64,000 bases of DNA. It comes from an uncultured Clostridia bacterium. Lineage in GTDB: Bacteria; Bacillota; Clostridia; Christensenellales; UBA1242. The notes below the pieces were generated by a model. It ran no database searches and was not told the origin of the DNA. It saw only the letters and a list, made by a program, of their open reading frames with translations. Below are positions 28,824 to 38,867 of the stretch, in pieces. Both the position numbers and the translations under genes were made by a program. Location of the stretch: assembly GCA_944377485.1 (NCBI GenBank), contig CALWFB010000002.1:16779-80778 (forward strand). The letters run 5' to 3'. Within the stretch, counting starts at the first letter, position 1. The number at the start of each line of letters is the position of its first letter.

Positions 28824-29825
28824 ATGACATATCAAGAATTAGAAAATCAGATTGTTGGGCTTCAAGATGAAGGATTAGAACTGTTTAATGCTGGAAAATC
28901 TGTATTGGGCAAAAATATTTTAGCAACACACGTAGGAGAATACTCCGGTCCACAGGTTTTAATACAAGGTGGTATTCATGCACGAGAATATATTACAGCC
29001 CTTTTACTCGTGGAAATGGCAAGAAATTTACATAATAATGACAACGTAAAAGGTGGCGGAATTTATTTTGTATTTCTGACCAATCCAGATGGTGCGCAAA
29101 TTTGTTTAGACGGAATAGATTTTTTAAATTGTGATATTACAAAAAACTATCTTTTAAGTGCAAATAATGGTAGCACAGATTTTTCACAATACAAAGCAAA
29201 TGTGAATTTAGTAGATTTAAATACAAATTTTGATACCAATTGGGGAGAAGGTGGCCAAAATGTCTTTTGTCCTGCTACGGAAGATTTTGTAGGATTTTAC
29301 CCCAATAGCGAACGAGAAGTACAATCATTGATAGATTTTACCCTTCAAACCAAACCAAGTATCACAATCTCATATCATACAAAAGGTAATGTAATCTACT
29401 ATGGATTTGAAGGAGAAAGTGAGTCTAATATAGTTCGTGACCAATCTATTGGAGAAAGTTTTAGCGAATTGACAGGTTATCCACTCATCTTTACAGAAAA
29501 TTCCACCGGAGGCTACAAAGACTGGTGTATTCAAAAATTGACTATTCCTGCATATACTTTTGAAGTTGGAGATGAAAGTTTGCCTCACCCAATAGGTATA
29601 GAAAGTCTACCTGAAATTTACAATAGAAACAAAGACGTTCCTTTGCTAGCCTTACAAAAAGCAATAGAATATTCAAAAGAAATTGACTTTACCAATCCAT
29701 TTGTGCAAAATATTAATGTAGGAGTAAAGAAAAATGAACCCAATGAAGAAAGTTATTGCGCTCGCATATTGCGCAAATTCGATAGGAGAAGTTCCGATAG
29801 GTGCAGTAATAACAAGAAATGGTAA
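28824..29825 (+). CDS. M14 family metallocarboxypeptidase (gamma-D-glutamyl-diamino-acid peptidase-like)
   Basis: SD AGAGGTG plus ATG 28824. GGIHAREYIT and LTNPDG motifs. The 3' end overlaps tadA by 92 nt. Confidence 0.75.
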   Translation: MTYQELENQIVGLQDEGLELFNAGKSVLGKNILATHVGEYSGPQVLIQGGIHAREYITALLLVEMARNLHNNDNVKGGGIYFVFLTNPDGAQICLDGIDFLNCDITKNYLLSANNGSTDFSQYKANVNLVDLNTNFDTNWGEGGQNVFCPATEDFVGFYPNSEREVQSLIDFTLQTKPSITISYHTKGNVIYYGFEGESESNIVRDQSIGESFSELTGYPLIFTENSTGGYKDWCIQKLTIPAYTFEVGDESLPHPIGIESLPEIYNRNKDVPLLALQKAIEYSKEIDFTNPFVQNINVGVKKNEPNEESYCARILRKFDRRSSDRCSNNKKW

Positions 29826-30186
29826 AATTTTAGCATCCGCCCACAACACTCGTGAAAAAGACCAAATTGCAACACACCATGCAGAAATTATTGCGATAGA
29901 AAAGGCGTGCAAAAAATTAAAATCATGGAGACTAGACGATTGTGAAATTTATGTCAATCTTGAACCCTGCCCAATGTGCGCCGGGGCCATATTAAATGCA
30001 CGAATAAAACATTTATACTATGCCGTGAAAGATGGAAATTCAGGAGCAATTTCAAAATTTAACATGTTAAAAAACACATTAAATCACACCACTGAATACA
30101 CTCAACTCCTCGAATATGAGGAAGAAAATAAAAATTTAATTCAAAATTTCTTCAAATCAAAACGTAAAAATAAAAACAATATTTAA
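29734..30186 (+). CDS. tadA: tRNA adenosine(34) deaminase
   Basis: HAEIIAIE and PCPMCAGA deaminase motifs. SD AGGAG upstream. Confidence 0.9.
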   Translation: MNPMKKVIALAYCANSIGEVPIGAVITRNGKILASAHNTREKDQIATHHAEIIAIEKACKKLKSWRLDDCEIYVNLEPCPMCAGAILNARIKHLYYAVKDGNSGAISKFNMLKNTLNHTTEYTQLLEYEEENKNLIQNFFKSKRKNKNNI

Positions 30187-30248
30187 TTCAAATTTTTACT
30201 TAGATTTTTTGAAATTTTTAGTAATATTATTAAATTTCTCTATAAAAA

Positions 30249-30266
30249 ATCACGCAGTTGCGTGAT
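30249..30266. terminator. bidirectional terminator between tadA and hup
   Basis: ATCACGCA-GT-TGCGTGAT with an A-run upstream and a T-run downstream. Confidence 0.7.
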
Positions 30267-30267
30267 T

Positions 30268-30540
30268 TTATTTTACTATTCTTTTTAAATTGTCGCTTGC
30301 TTTAAATGCAGGAGCTTTTCTTGCTTGCACCATTTGAGTTTGTCCGGTCTTGAAACTATACATTGGTTTTGATTTCATCTCGTTCACTTTGAATTTACCA
30401 AAATTAGACAATGTCACACTATCTCCCTGACTTAAAGCATCTTTGATTACTTCCAAAATTGTATCAAGACAAAGTTTGCAATCTTTTTTCGTAAGACCAG
30501 ATTTTGAATAAACAGCATTTACAAATTCATTTTTGTTCAT
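30268..30540 (-). CDS. hup: HU family DNA-binding protein
   Basis: SD GGAGGG plus ATG 30540. MNKNEFVNAVYSKSGLTKKDC...FGKFKV...R.APAFKAS is typical HU. Confidence 0.9.
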   Translation of the reverse strand: MNKNEFVNAVYSKSGLTKKDCKLCLDTILEVIKDALSQGDSVTLSNFGKFKVNEMKSKPMYSFKTGQTQMVQARKAPAFKASDNLKRIVK

Positions 30541-30585
30541 AATTCCCTCCGAAATGATATTTGCCAATGCAAATTTTTTTAAACA

Positions 30586-32094
30586 TTATTTTACCTTATA
30601 TTTAATCATTGCCATATCTTTTTTTGAAAAAATCTTGGTATAAAACAAACTAACAAAATACACTATTACTGCTATTGCTATTGCCAATAAAGTATTCGAC
30701 CAACTACTGTTAAAACTCAATACACATAATAATGCCAATAACATAATACAATTTGATAAAATTAATTTACCCGTAAATAGATAATTAATTTGTAATTTGT
30801 AATGTTCTTTTATTTCAAAATGATTTAACGTCATCACTGTAATATAGCAAACTAAATTTGCTATTGATAACACGTAAATATTTAATACTTTACTAGGCAT
30901 AAATATCAATTCTAAAATAAATTTTAAAATTACAGCAATCGCTAAATTTCTGACACTTGCGATACGTTCATCTACTGCTTGAAGACAGCTGGAATAGACT
31001 TGACTAATAGCCAAGAATACCACACCAAAACCCGAAATGGTTAGCAATCTATATGCTACGTTAAGACCTTCCACTCCCATTCCATTTAATCTATTGCCAT
31101 ATAAAAGTGTTATCAATCTATCAGGAATGAGAGCAAAGCACAATACACAAGGAATTGTTATTATCAAAATAATTTTAATTGCTATTGATAACATATGATT
31201 TCTATTTTCACTGACTAGATTTGAAGTGATGCTAGGTAAAATTACACTAGCTATCGCAAAGGAAAATATTGTAGGAAGACTAATCAAACTGGAAACTGCT
31301 CCACTTTCCAGACCATATAAGAAAACCGACATCGATTGAGTGAAATTGATATTCAACAAATTCACAACTAGTATACTATCAATAAATGTGGCAATCGGCA
31401 TTATGATATTTGTTAAAGTAATTGGCAAAATATCCTTCAACAAGCCTTTTAATTCAATATTTGTAGTTTGATTATCAGTTGGTTTATATTTTTTAAAAAA
31501 AACTAATAGAATCAATAACGACACAATTTCACTCACGACAATACTTATCATTGCACCAATGATTGATGCAAGTAAACTAATTCCAACAAGCGCCAAACTT
31601 AAAATTAAACCTACACATAATTTGACAAATTGTTCAAATATATTTGACACTGCACTAGGTACAAAATTAGCAATTCCCTGAAAATATCCTCTCAACACAC
31701 TACACGCACTTACAAGAATTATGCTTGGTGCCAAAATTATATAGCAAATACTAATTGATTTTTCCCCTTGAAGAGTTGCCAATCCTTCACTGCATGTAAA
31801 TAATATAAATGAAAGTACCAACGAAATAATGATTACAAACAATAAACATTTTTTTACAACGCTTTTAGCAGTCGATTTTGACTTTGCAATTACTTTTGAA
31901 ATTGCCATGGGTAGACCAGCAGTTGCCAACACCACACACAATGAATACAATGGAAAAACCAGCTGATATAAACCAATGCCTTCTCCACCTAAAATTCTAG
32001 TGAGCCCAATCCTATATATTGCACTGAAAATCTTTGCCAAAATTCCACCAATAGATAAAATCAGTGCTCCTCTCATTAAATTATCTTTTTTCAT
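30586..32094 (-). CDS. MOP-superfamily flippase (polysaccharide biosynthesis protein; YabM/SpoVB/MurJ-like)
   Basis: 502 aa, about 14 TM helices. N-terminus GALILSIGGILAKIFSAIYRIGLTRILGGEGIGLYQLVFPLY is typical of the SpoVB/YabM group. Confidence 0.75.
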   Translation of the reverse strand: MKKDNLMRGALILSIGGILAKIFSAIYRIGLTRILGGEGIGLYQLVFPLYSLCVVLATAGLPMAISKVIAKSKSTAKSVVKKCLLFVIIISLVLSFILFTCSEGLATLQGEKSISICYIILAPSIILVSACSVLRGYFQGIANFVPSAVSNIFEQFVKLCVGLILSLALVGISLLASIIGAMISIVVSEIVSLLILLVFFKKYKPTDNQTTNIELKGLLKDILPITLTNIIMPIATFIDSILVVNLLNINFTQSMSVFLYGLESGAVSSLISLPTIFSFAIASVILPSITSNLVSENRNHMLSIAIKIILIITIPCVLCFALIPDRLITLLYGNRLNGMGVEGLNVAYRLLTISGFGVVFLAISQVYSSCLQAVDERIASVRNLAIAVILKFILELIFMPSKVLNIYVLSIANLVCYITVMTLNHFEIKEHYKLQINYLFTGKLILSNCIMLLALLCVLSFNSSWSNTLLAIAIAVIVYFVSLFYTKIFSKKDMAMIKYKVK

Positions 32095-32225
32095 ATCTTT
32101 ATCTTTTGTAAAACAACAAAAAATATTAAATATTAAGAGATTATTTAAATTTAATTATTATTTTATAAATAATTATAATTTTTTCTAAATTTTTATTAAA
32201 TTTTTAAAATATATTAAAATTTATT

Positions 32226-32253
32226 TTGAAAACTCACATTTATGAATTATAAT
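32226..32253 (+). promoter_or_regulatory. sigma-A promoter, leaderless geometry (dusB)
   Basis: TTGAAA, 16 nt, TATAAT (32248-32253), 6 nt, ATG 32260. The -10 lies inside the longer track ORF. Confidence 0.55.
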
Positions 32254-32259
32254 TTACCT

Positions 32260-33171
32260 ATGAAAATTAATTTTAATAAATTCATAATTGCATTAGCACC
32301 AATGGCAGGTGTGACTGATTTTGCATTCAGAAAAATATGTGCAGATTTTGGTGCAGACATGGTAGTAAGTGAAATGATAAGCATTAAAGCACTTGAAAAT
32401 AATTCAAAACTATCAAAAAAAATGCTTAGAGAAGAATCTAAATGTATCCGCTCAATTCAACTTTTCGGACATGATAAAGATAGCATAATTAAAGTTTTAT
32501 CATCAGATTTAACGAAAGATTTTGACATAGTAGATTTCAACTGTGGTTGTCCTGCACCAAAGATTGTAAAGAACAATGACGGAAGTGCAATGATGAGAGA
32601 CCTTAACAATAGCCGAGAAGTCATTGCAACACTCGTAAAGTATAGCAACAAACCAGTCTCAGTAAAATTCCGATTGGGAATTGATAACAACGAAAACTAT
32701 ATTGAATTTGGCAAAATGTGTGAAGAAGTAGGGGTTTCATTTATCACTTTACACGCACGCACAAAAGAACAAGGCTATTCTGGTACCGTCAAAAAAGAGG
32801 CATATAAAAATTTAATACAGAATGTAAATATCCCAGTATTTTGGAGTGGCGACATCAACACAAAAGAAGATATGGAATATGCAAAATCTATTGGTTGTGC
32901 TGGAGTTATGATTGGACGAGCATCTATTGGTAATCCAGAGTTCTTTTCTATTCTAAAAGGAATTGATGCACCCTATTCAAAAAAAGAAACAGCAAAAAGA
33001 CATCTTGAAATGCTAAAAACATATTACAAGTCAGAACGTACACTAGTATCATATTTCAAAAAACATTTAATGTGGTATGTGAAATCAACTAACAATGCCA
33101 CCTTAATAAAACAACAAATACTTCAATTTACAACCTTACAAGAAATAGAATCTCTAATAGACAAAATGTAA
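32260..33171 (+). CDS. dusB: tRNA-dihydrouridine synthase
   Basis: LAPMAGVTDFAFRKIC, FNCGCP and HARTKEQ motifs. Start is either 32260 (preferred) or 32242. Confidence 0.9.
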   Translation: MKINFNKFIIALAPMAGVTDFAFRKICADFGADMVVSEMISIKALENNSKLSKKMLREESKCIRSIQLFGHDKDSIIKVLSSDLTKDFDIVDFNCGCPAPKIVKNNDGSAMMRDLNNSREVIATLVKYSNKPVSVKFRLGIDNNENYIEFGKMCEEVGVSFITLHARTKEQGYSGTVKKEAYKNLIQNVNIPVFWSGDINTKEDMEYAKSIGCAGVMIGRASIGNPEFFSILKGIDAPYSKKETAKRHLEMLKTYYKSERTLVSYFKKHLMWYVKSTNNATLIKQQILQFTTLQEIESLIDKM

Positions 33172-33266
33172 TAATTTAAATAAAATATTGTATTAATGTA
33201 AAAGTATTAAAAACTTTATAAATCAATAAAAAAATCTTAAATTATTTAACTTATGCCCTAATTTAA

Positions 33267-33342
33267 TGGTGACCCCGCCGGGACTCGAACCCAGAACAAA
33301 GCCTTAGGAGGGCTCCGTAATATCCTGTTTTACTACGAGGTC
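33267..33342 (-). tRNA. tRNA-Arg (anticodon CCT), CCA encoded
   Basis: Hand fold: acceptor GACCTCG/CGGGGTC, anticodon arm GAGCC-CTCCTAA-GGCTT, T arm CTGGG-TTCGAGT-CCCGG, then A plus CCA. Confidence 0.9.
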
Positions 33343-33355
33343 ATTTAACTATTAA

Positions 33356-33384
33356 ATTATATCATAGTTCCATTTAGAAATCAA
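33356..33384 (-). promoter_or_regulatory. sigma-A promoter of tRNA-Arg
   Basis: Minus strand TTGATT, 17 nt, TGATATAAT, 13 nt before the tRNA 5' end. Confidence 0.65.
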
Positions 33385-33430
33385 GTATTAGTATTTAATC
33401 AGTCTTGTACTATATGTTTAATTAAAATAA

Positions 33431-33460
33431 AAACACTAAATTCAATTGAATTTAGTGTTT
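33431..33460 (-). terminator. intrinsic terminator of ileS
   Basis: 13-bp stem AAACACTAAATTC/GAATTTAGTGTTT, then a T-run on the minus strand. Confidence 0.75.
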
Positions 33461-33464
33461 AATT

Positions 33465-36400
33465 TTATTTACGTTTCATCTTAATCATAATTTTATCTTC
33501 TGCAATTTCACATTCATGTTCTATCTCAGGATTCGAAATATTTGTAATTCCCAAAACTAATAGTTCGTTTTTGATTTTATCTTGATATTTTGAAATAATT
33601 TCTTTTAATTCGTCACTTTCTGTTTGAAATTCAATATAAATTCTATCATCCACATTGAAGTTTGCTTCTTTTCTCATTACTTGGGCGGCACGAATTAATT
33701 CTCTGGATAGACCTTCAAGCATCAATTCTCTATCTATTGTTATATCAAGTACAACCGTCACATCACCATCATTTGCAATGACGAACTCTTGCTTTGGTTT
33801 AGTAGAAATATTGAATAATGTACTATCAAGATTTTTAAATTCGCCGACATTTACCTTGCCTGCTTTGAATTCGTCCACCATTTTAGCCATTTCATTTTCA
33901 CTAGCAGAAAGTAATAGTTCTTTTACTTTTTGGACATCTCCTTTCAATACCGCACCGGCCTTTCTAAAATCAAGTACCAAAAATTCAATATTAAATTTCG
34001 AATTGTCATGTTCCATCACTACATTTTTAATATTTAATTCTGTTTCAATCATATCCTTGTAGATTTCAACAGCTTGTGCTACATCTCTACTCCCATTTAT
34101 ATACAAGGTTTTTAAAGGTTGTTTTACTTTTATTTGATTTTCATTTCTAAGTTTACTTGTTAGTGTGAATATATTTCTAACAATATCCGTCTTATGAGTT
34201 AATCCTTCATCTATTACAGAATATTCATTCAAAATATAACCATTTAGTGCAACACTTTCACTAGCATTTTTGTCAAGAGTTCTAACTGCATTTTGCCATA
34301 GATATTCACTAATGAATGGTATAATTGGGAACATTACCATACTGACATTTTTTATAGCATAATATAGACAATAATATGCGTTCATTGTATCTATGTTATT
34401 TTCACTTTTATAGAATCTGCGTCTATTATTTCTAATATACCAATTAGTGAGTTCATCAATCAAAACTTCAAAATCTTTTGCTACCGCACCAAAATTTTGA
34501 TGTGAATATGCATTATATGAATTAGATGAAAATTCATTAACACGATTAATGAGCCACCTATCAATAAATGTTAAATCTTTTTCATTTGGTTTATAACCAG
34601 TCAAATCAGGATTATCAATGTAAGCATAAGTATTTAAAAATACATACGCATTCCAAAGACCTAATAATTTTCTTTTGACTTCATCACAAGTATCACGACC
34701 AAACTTAACATCATTAATCAATGGAGTATTGACAAAATTGTACCTTATAATATCTGCACCAATTTCTTCAAATGCAGTATCAAGCGGAATATTATTAGGA
34801 CTTGATTTTGATAATTTCTTTCCGTCCTGAGCAAGCAACATTGGAGTTGTTGCAATCTTTTTATACGGAGCTTTTCCTGTTATAACAACACTCATAACCA
34901 ACAAAGAATAAAACCAAAGTCTAATTTGTTCTTTTCCTTCAATGACACATTCAGCAGGAAAATTCTTTTCAAAGAAAATTTTGTCCGTAAAATATTTATT
35001 AGTACTAAATGGAGTGATACCAGCATCAAGCCATGCATCGCCAACTTCTTTAATTCTCTCCACCTTACTAGCGCAATGTGGACAAGTTATTTTAACGTTG
35101 TCAATATATGGTCTATGCAGATGTGGGATTTTTTCCACTTCTTCTTTACTAGATAATTTCTTCAATTCATCAATTGAACCAACAACTGTCAGCTTTCCAC
35201 AATTTTTACAAGGATAGAAAGGCAGTGGCAAACCATAATACCTAGAACGAGATATTGCCCAATCTCCCATATTATTGAGCCAATCTAACATACGTTTTTT
35301 CATAAAATCTGGTTGAAATTCCACATTGTCAATTGCATGTATTAATTCTGGTCTAATTTCATCCATTTTAATAACCCATTGATTAATCAATCTGAACACC
35401 AAAGGGTGTTTACATCTCCAACAATGAGGATATCTATGAGTATATTTGTGAGTATAATAAGTTTTACCACGTTCTTTCATGAGATTTAGTATAAAATCTC
35501 GTGTCTTATCTCTTTCTTCCTCTGAATTCGTATCCATTCCAGCTAGTACGCCAAAATCTTCATAATATTTACCAGCTTCATCAATAGGAATTAAATTTTT
35601 CAATCCCAACTTTTTTCCCAACTCAAAATCTTCTGCTCCACAACCTGGTGCAATATGGACAGCTCCGCTACCTTCTGTCGCATCAACAGCGTCCCAACAG
35701 ACAATCGTGTGAGTAAATTGTTGTGGTTTTATCTCATTAAAACATGTTTCATATTCTAGCCCAACGAGTTCACTACCTTTTACAGTTTTGACAATTTCGA
35801 TCGCATCATCTTTCAACACTTTCATTGCACTTGCACAAACAATAACGTTTCTATCACTAGATTTAACTTTCACGATATTATATTCTAAGTCCGGATTTAC
35901 AGCTATTGCCACGTTTGCAGCCAATGTCCATGGAGTTGTTGTCCAAACTAACATATCATTATTAGAATTTATTATTGGACATTTGAAGAATATTGCAATA
36001 CAGGTGTCATCTTTATATGCATCGGCATCGCTCATTTCATGTTCACTAAGACTTGTACCGCATCGAGTGCACCATGGCATAGGTTTATAAGAAAGTTGTA
36101 CCCAATTTTTTTCATGACATTTTTTCAAAAAATACCATATAGATGTTATGTTTTCATCACTATTTGTGTAATAGCTATCATCCCAATTCATCCATTGACC
36201 AAGACGTATAGATGATTGCGTTTGACTTGCCGAATATTTTTTTACAGTATTCATACATTCTCTGACGAAATTTTCAATACCATATTTTTCAATCTCACGT
36301 TTACTATCTATACCCAATTCTTTCTCTACACGTGTTTCAACTGGCAAACCATGAGCATCAAATCCATTTTGAAAATGTTCGTCATTTCCACACATTGCTT

Positions 36401-36614
36401 CGAATTTAATCATTGCATCTTTAAATGTTCTACCATATGCATGATGAAGTCCCATATTATAGTTGGCTGTAATTGGACCATCAAGAGTTGCAAAATATTT
36501 ACCTGTTTTTTTATTTTTCTCTTTCATCTTATTGAAAATATCATTTACTTGCCAAAATTTCAAAATTTCTTCTTCCATTTTAACATAATTTAAATTTGCA
36601 TTTTCTTTTTTCAT
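33465..36614 (-). CDS. ileS: isoleucine--tRNA ligase (long, ~1050-aa form)
   Basis: 1049 aa. HIGH-region variant GLHHAYGRT, KMSKS variant KLSKSS, CP1 editing region. SD AGGAGA. Confidence 0.95.
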   Translation of the reverse strand: MKKENANLNYVKMEEEILKFWQVNDIFNKMKEKNKKTGKYFATLDGPITANYNMGLHHAYGRTFKDAMIKFEAMCGNDEHFQNGFDAHGLPVETRVEKELGIDSKREIEKYGIENFVRECMNTVKKYSASQTQSSIRLGQWMNWDDSYYTNSDENITSIWYFLKKCHEKNWVQLSYKPMPWCTRCGTSLSEHEMSDADAYKDDTCIAIFFKCPIINSNNDMLVWTTTPWTLAANVAIAVNPDLEYNIVKVKSSDRNVIVCASAMKVLKDDAIEIVKTVKGSELVGLEYETCFNEIKPQQFTHTIVCWDAVDATEGSGAVHIAPGCGAEDFELGKKLGLKNLIPIDEAGKYYEDFGVLAGMDTNSEEERDKTRDFILNLMKERGKTYYTHKYTHRYPHCWRCKHPLVFRLINQWVIKMDEIRPELIHAIDNVEFQPDFMKKRMLDWLNNMGDWAISRSRYYGLPLPFYPCKNCGKLTVVGSIDELKKLSSKEEVEKIPHLHRPYIDNVKITCPHCASKVERIKEVGDAWLDAGITPFSTNKYFTDKIFFEKNFPAECVIEGKEQIRLWFYSLLVMSVVITGKAPYKKIATTPMLLAQDGKKLSKSSPNNIPLDTAFEEIGADIIRYNFVNTPLINDVKFGRDTCDEVKRKLLGLWNAYVFLNTYAYIDNPDLTGYKPNEKDLTFIDRWLINRVNEFSSNSYNAYSHQNFGAVAKDFEVLIDELTNWYIRNNRRRFYKSENNIDTMNAYYCLYYAIKNVSMVMFPIIPFISEYLWQNAVRTLDKNASESVALNGYILNEYSVIDEGLTHKTDIVRNIFTLTSKLRNENQIKVKQPLKTLYINGSRDVAQAVEIYKDMIETELNIKNVVMEHDNSKFNIEFLVLDFRKAGAVLKGDVQKVKELLLSASENEMAKMVDEFKAGKVNVGEFKNLDSTLFNISTKPKQEFVIANDGDVTVVLDITIDRELMLEGLSRELIRAAQVMRKEANFNVDDRIYIEFQTESDELKEIISKYQDKIKNELLVLGITNISNPEIEHECEIAEDKIMIKMKRK

Positions 36615-36635
36615 AATTTCTCCTAAATTTAAATG

Positions 36636-36663
36636 ATTATATCAAATCGACTCTTTAATTCAA
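36636..36663 (-). promoter_or_regulatory. proximal ileS promoter (P2)
   Basis: Minus strand TTGAAT, 16 nt, TGATATAAT, then a ~15-nt leader with the SD. Lies downstream of the 36672-36722 terminator. Confidence 0.5.
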
Positions 36664-36672
36664 AATGATTTT

Positions 36673-36777
36673 AAAAAATGCCAGCGTTTGCTGACATCTA
36701 CCATTCTCACAGCAAAACGCTCATCAATTATTTGATGATATAATAATATTGCTAATAATAATGGCATTTATTTTCAT
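36673..36777 (-). ncRNA. candidate ~105-nt structured transcript: ileS leader/attenuator or independent sRNA
   Basis: Bracketed by the perfect promoter at 36784-36812 and a terminator hairpin (GAGCGTTTTGCTG...CAGCAAACGCTGGC plus T6). Contains a small hairpin TCATCA-AATAAT-TGATGA. The 5' AAATGCCA is complementary to the 3' TGGCATTT. Confidence 0.4.
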
Positions 36778-36783
36778 GCTAAA

Positions 36784-36812
36784 ATTATAGCATTTATTGC
36801 TCTTCATGTCAA
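36784..36812 (-). promoter_or_regulatory. distal promoter (P1) upstream of ileS
   Basis: Minus strand TTGACA, 17 nt, TATAAT; a perfect consensus. Confidence 0.65.
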
Positions 36813-36925
36813 ATAAGTTTTAATAAAAACCTTAAATGCAATTAATAATTATAATATTAAAATAAATAACTATTTAAATTTTCAACGTTAAAGCAAAATA
36901 ATTTAGACAAAAAACAAAATTTTTA

Positions 36926-36954
36926 TTGACATTACTACTAATTTATGTTAAAAT
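36926..36954 (+). promoter_or_regulatory. sigma-A promoter of the ABC transporter operon
   Basis: TTGACA, 17 nt (ending TGT), TAAAAT. About 110-nt leader. Confidence 0.55.
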
Positions 36955-37065
36955 AAAATGTTTTCACGTTTATGCAAATATATAAATTTATAAGAATTTG
37001 CTCATTAATTTTACCCTATTTTATTGATTTCTTATAACAAAAAAAAATCAAAAAAGGAGGTAGAT

Positions 37066-38064
37066 TTGACAAAAATCATTGAATTTAAAGACATTTGCAA
37101 AGAATTTAAAATACCAGAAAAAAGAAAAGGTAAATGGTCCACATTCCTAAACTTCTTCAAAAGAAAATATAGGATTATCAACGCACTACAAAATGTCAGT
37201 TTTAGTATTGATGAAGGCGATATAGTTGGATACATTGGACCAAACGGTGCAGGAAAAAGCACAACAATTAAAATTATGAGTGGCATACTAACGCCTACAA
37301 AAGGTGAATGTATCATCAATGGATACACTCCATGGAAAAACCGAAAGGAATATGTAAAAAATATCGGAGTCGTATTTGGTCAACGTTCACAATTATGGTG
37401 GGACGTGCCAATTGTAGACAGTTTTGAATTACTAAAAGATATATACAAAATTAAAGATTCAGATTATAAAGAAACTCTTGATTTATTAAATAAAGCATTA
37501 AATTTAGACGAATTATTATCTCGACCACTTCGACAACTCTCACTAGGTCAGAAGATGAAATGCGAATTAGCTGCATCACTATTACATAGACCTAAAATAT
37601 TATTTTTAGACGAACCAACAATCGGGCTTGATGCTGTCACAAAATTAGCAGTTAGAGATTTTATTAAATATATTAACAAAGTTTGGCATACCACAATAAT
37701 ATTAACGACTCACGATATGAACGACATTGAAGCACTCACAAATAAAATTATTTTAATAGGCAAAGGTAAAATATTATACAATGGTAGTTTTGACACAATA
37801 AAAAATAAATACGCCAATGAAAAAATAATACAAGTAGAGTTTGCAAAAGCATACGAAAATATATCATTAAATGGTTATGAATTAATTTCTCATGACAAGA
37901 ATGTTGCCGTATTCAAAACATTAGAAAATACTGAATTTCATACTAAATCTTTTATCAATGATATAAGTAAAAATTATGATATTATTGATTTCTCGGTCAA
38001 TTCATTAAGTGTAGATGAAATATTAGCACGTCTCTATAAAGAGTACGAGTTGCAGGAGAAGTAG
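37066..38064 (+). CDS. ABC transporter ATP-binding protein (COG4586-type)
   Basis: Walker A GPNGAGKST, signature LSLGQKMK, Walker B ILFLDEPT. Preferred start is TTG 37066, 5 nt after SD AAGGAGG; the track start 37024 has no SD. Confidence 0.85.
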   Translation: MTKIIEFKDICKEFKIPEKRKGKWSTFLNFFKRKYRIINALQNVSFSIDEGDIVGYIGPNGAGKSTTIKIMSGILTPTKGECIINGYTPWKNRKEYVKNIGVVFGQRSQLWWDVPIVDSFELLKDIYKIKDSDYKETLDLLNKALNLDELLSRPLRQLSLGQKMKCELAASLLHRPKILFLDEPTIGLDAVTKLAVRDFIKYINKVWHTTIILTTHDMNDIEALTNKIILIGKGKILYNGSFDTIKNKYANEKIIQVEFAKAYENISLNGYELISHDKNVAVFKTLENTEFHTKSFINDISKNYDIIDFSVNSLSVDEILARLYKEYELQEK

Positions 38065-38065
38065 T

Positions 38066-38866
38066 ATGAAAAACACATATGTCAGCATCTTCAAAATGCA
38101 ATTCAAAGGAGAATTACAGTATCGAGCAAAAGCGATTTCTGGAATTGCCACCCAGTTCTTTTGGGGAATAATGTATATCTATCTATATATGGCATTCATG
38201 TCTTCCGATACTATCGATGGGTTCACAATAACACAAATGGCAAGTTATATATGGCTAGGACAAGCATTCTTTGCATTACGCTACCCTGGAATGCATAAAG
38301 ACGCGGGATACGAAATCACAAATGGAAATATATGCTACAAATTTACCCGCCCAATCAATTTATACAATCAATGGTACACAGAATATTTAGGAGAAAAATT
38401 GGCTTCTACATTGCTTCGCTTTTTACCGATTATTATTATATCAATCTTATTGCCAACAAAATATTCTTTATCTATGCCTGCGAACTTTACTGCATTCATA
38501 TTATTCTTAATCAGTTTAATTATTGGTGGATTATTGTGTGTTGCGATTTCAATGTATTCAGTGTATTTAACTTTTATTACCCTTTCACCTAAGGGTACAA
38601 CAACAATTGTAGCAACTATTGCAAATCTATTAGGAGGAGCAATAATTCCAATTCCTCTAATGCCGACTTCAATTCAATCTATACTAAACTTTCTACCTTT
38701 TAGATATATATCCGATTTGCCTTTTAGAATATATATAGGAAATATTGGAATATCAGATGGATTAGTGCAGATTGCAATCAGCATAGTTTGGTTAATAATA
38801 ATTATTGTCTCTGGTAAGCTTTTAATCAAAAATGCTTTAAAAAAGACAATAATTCAAGGAGGTTAA
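38066..38866 (+). CDS. ABC-2 family transporter permease
   Basis: 266 aa, about 6 TM helices. Tightly coupled to the ATPase gene (1-nt gap). Confidence 0.7.
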   Translation: MKNTYVSIFKMQFKGELQYRAKAISGIATQFFWGIMYIYLYMAFMSSDTIDGFTITQMASYIWLGQAFFALRYPGMHKDAGYEITNGNICYKFTRPINLYNQWYTEYLGEKLASTLLRFLPIIIISILLPTKYSLSMPANFTAFILFLISLIIGGLLCVAISMYSVYLTFITLSPKGTTTIVATIANLLGGAIIPIPLMPTSIQSILNFLPFRYISDLPFRIYIGNIGISDGLVQIAISIVWLIIIIVSGKLLIKNALKKTIIQGG

Positions 38867-38867
38867 A

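Noticed and set aside
36615-36812. Canonical T-box riboswitch upstream of ileS.
   Set aside because: The leader is only ~105-160 nt. I find no AGAGA/GNUGNA specifier-loop elements and no (A)GGGUGGUACCGCG T-box sequence, only UGGUA in the terminator loop. I kept it as an unclassified attenuator/sRNA candidate instead.
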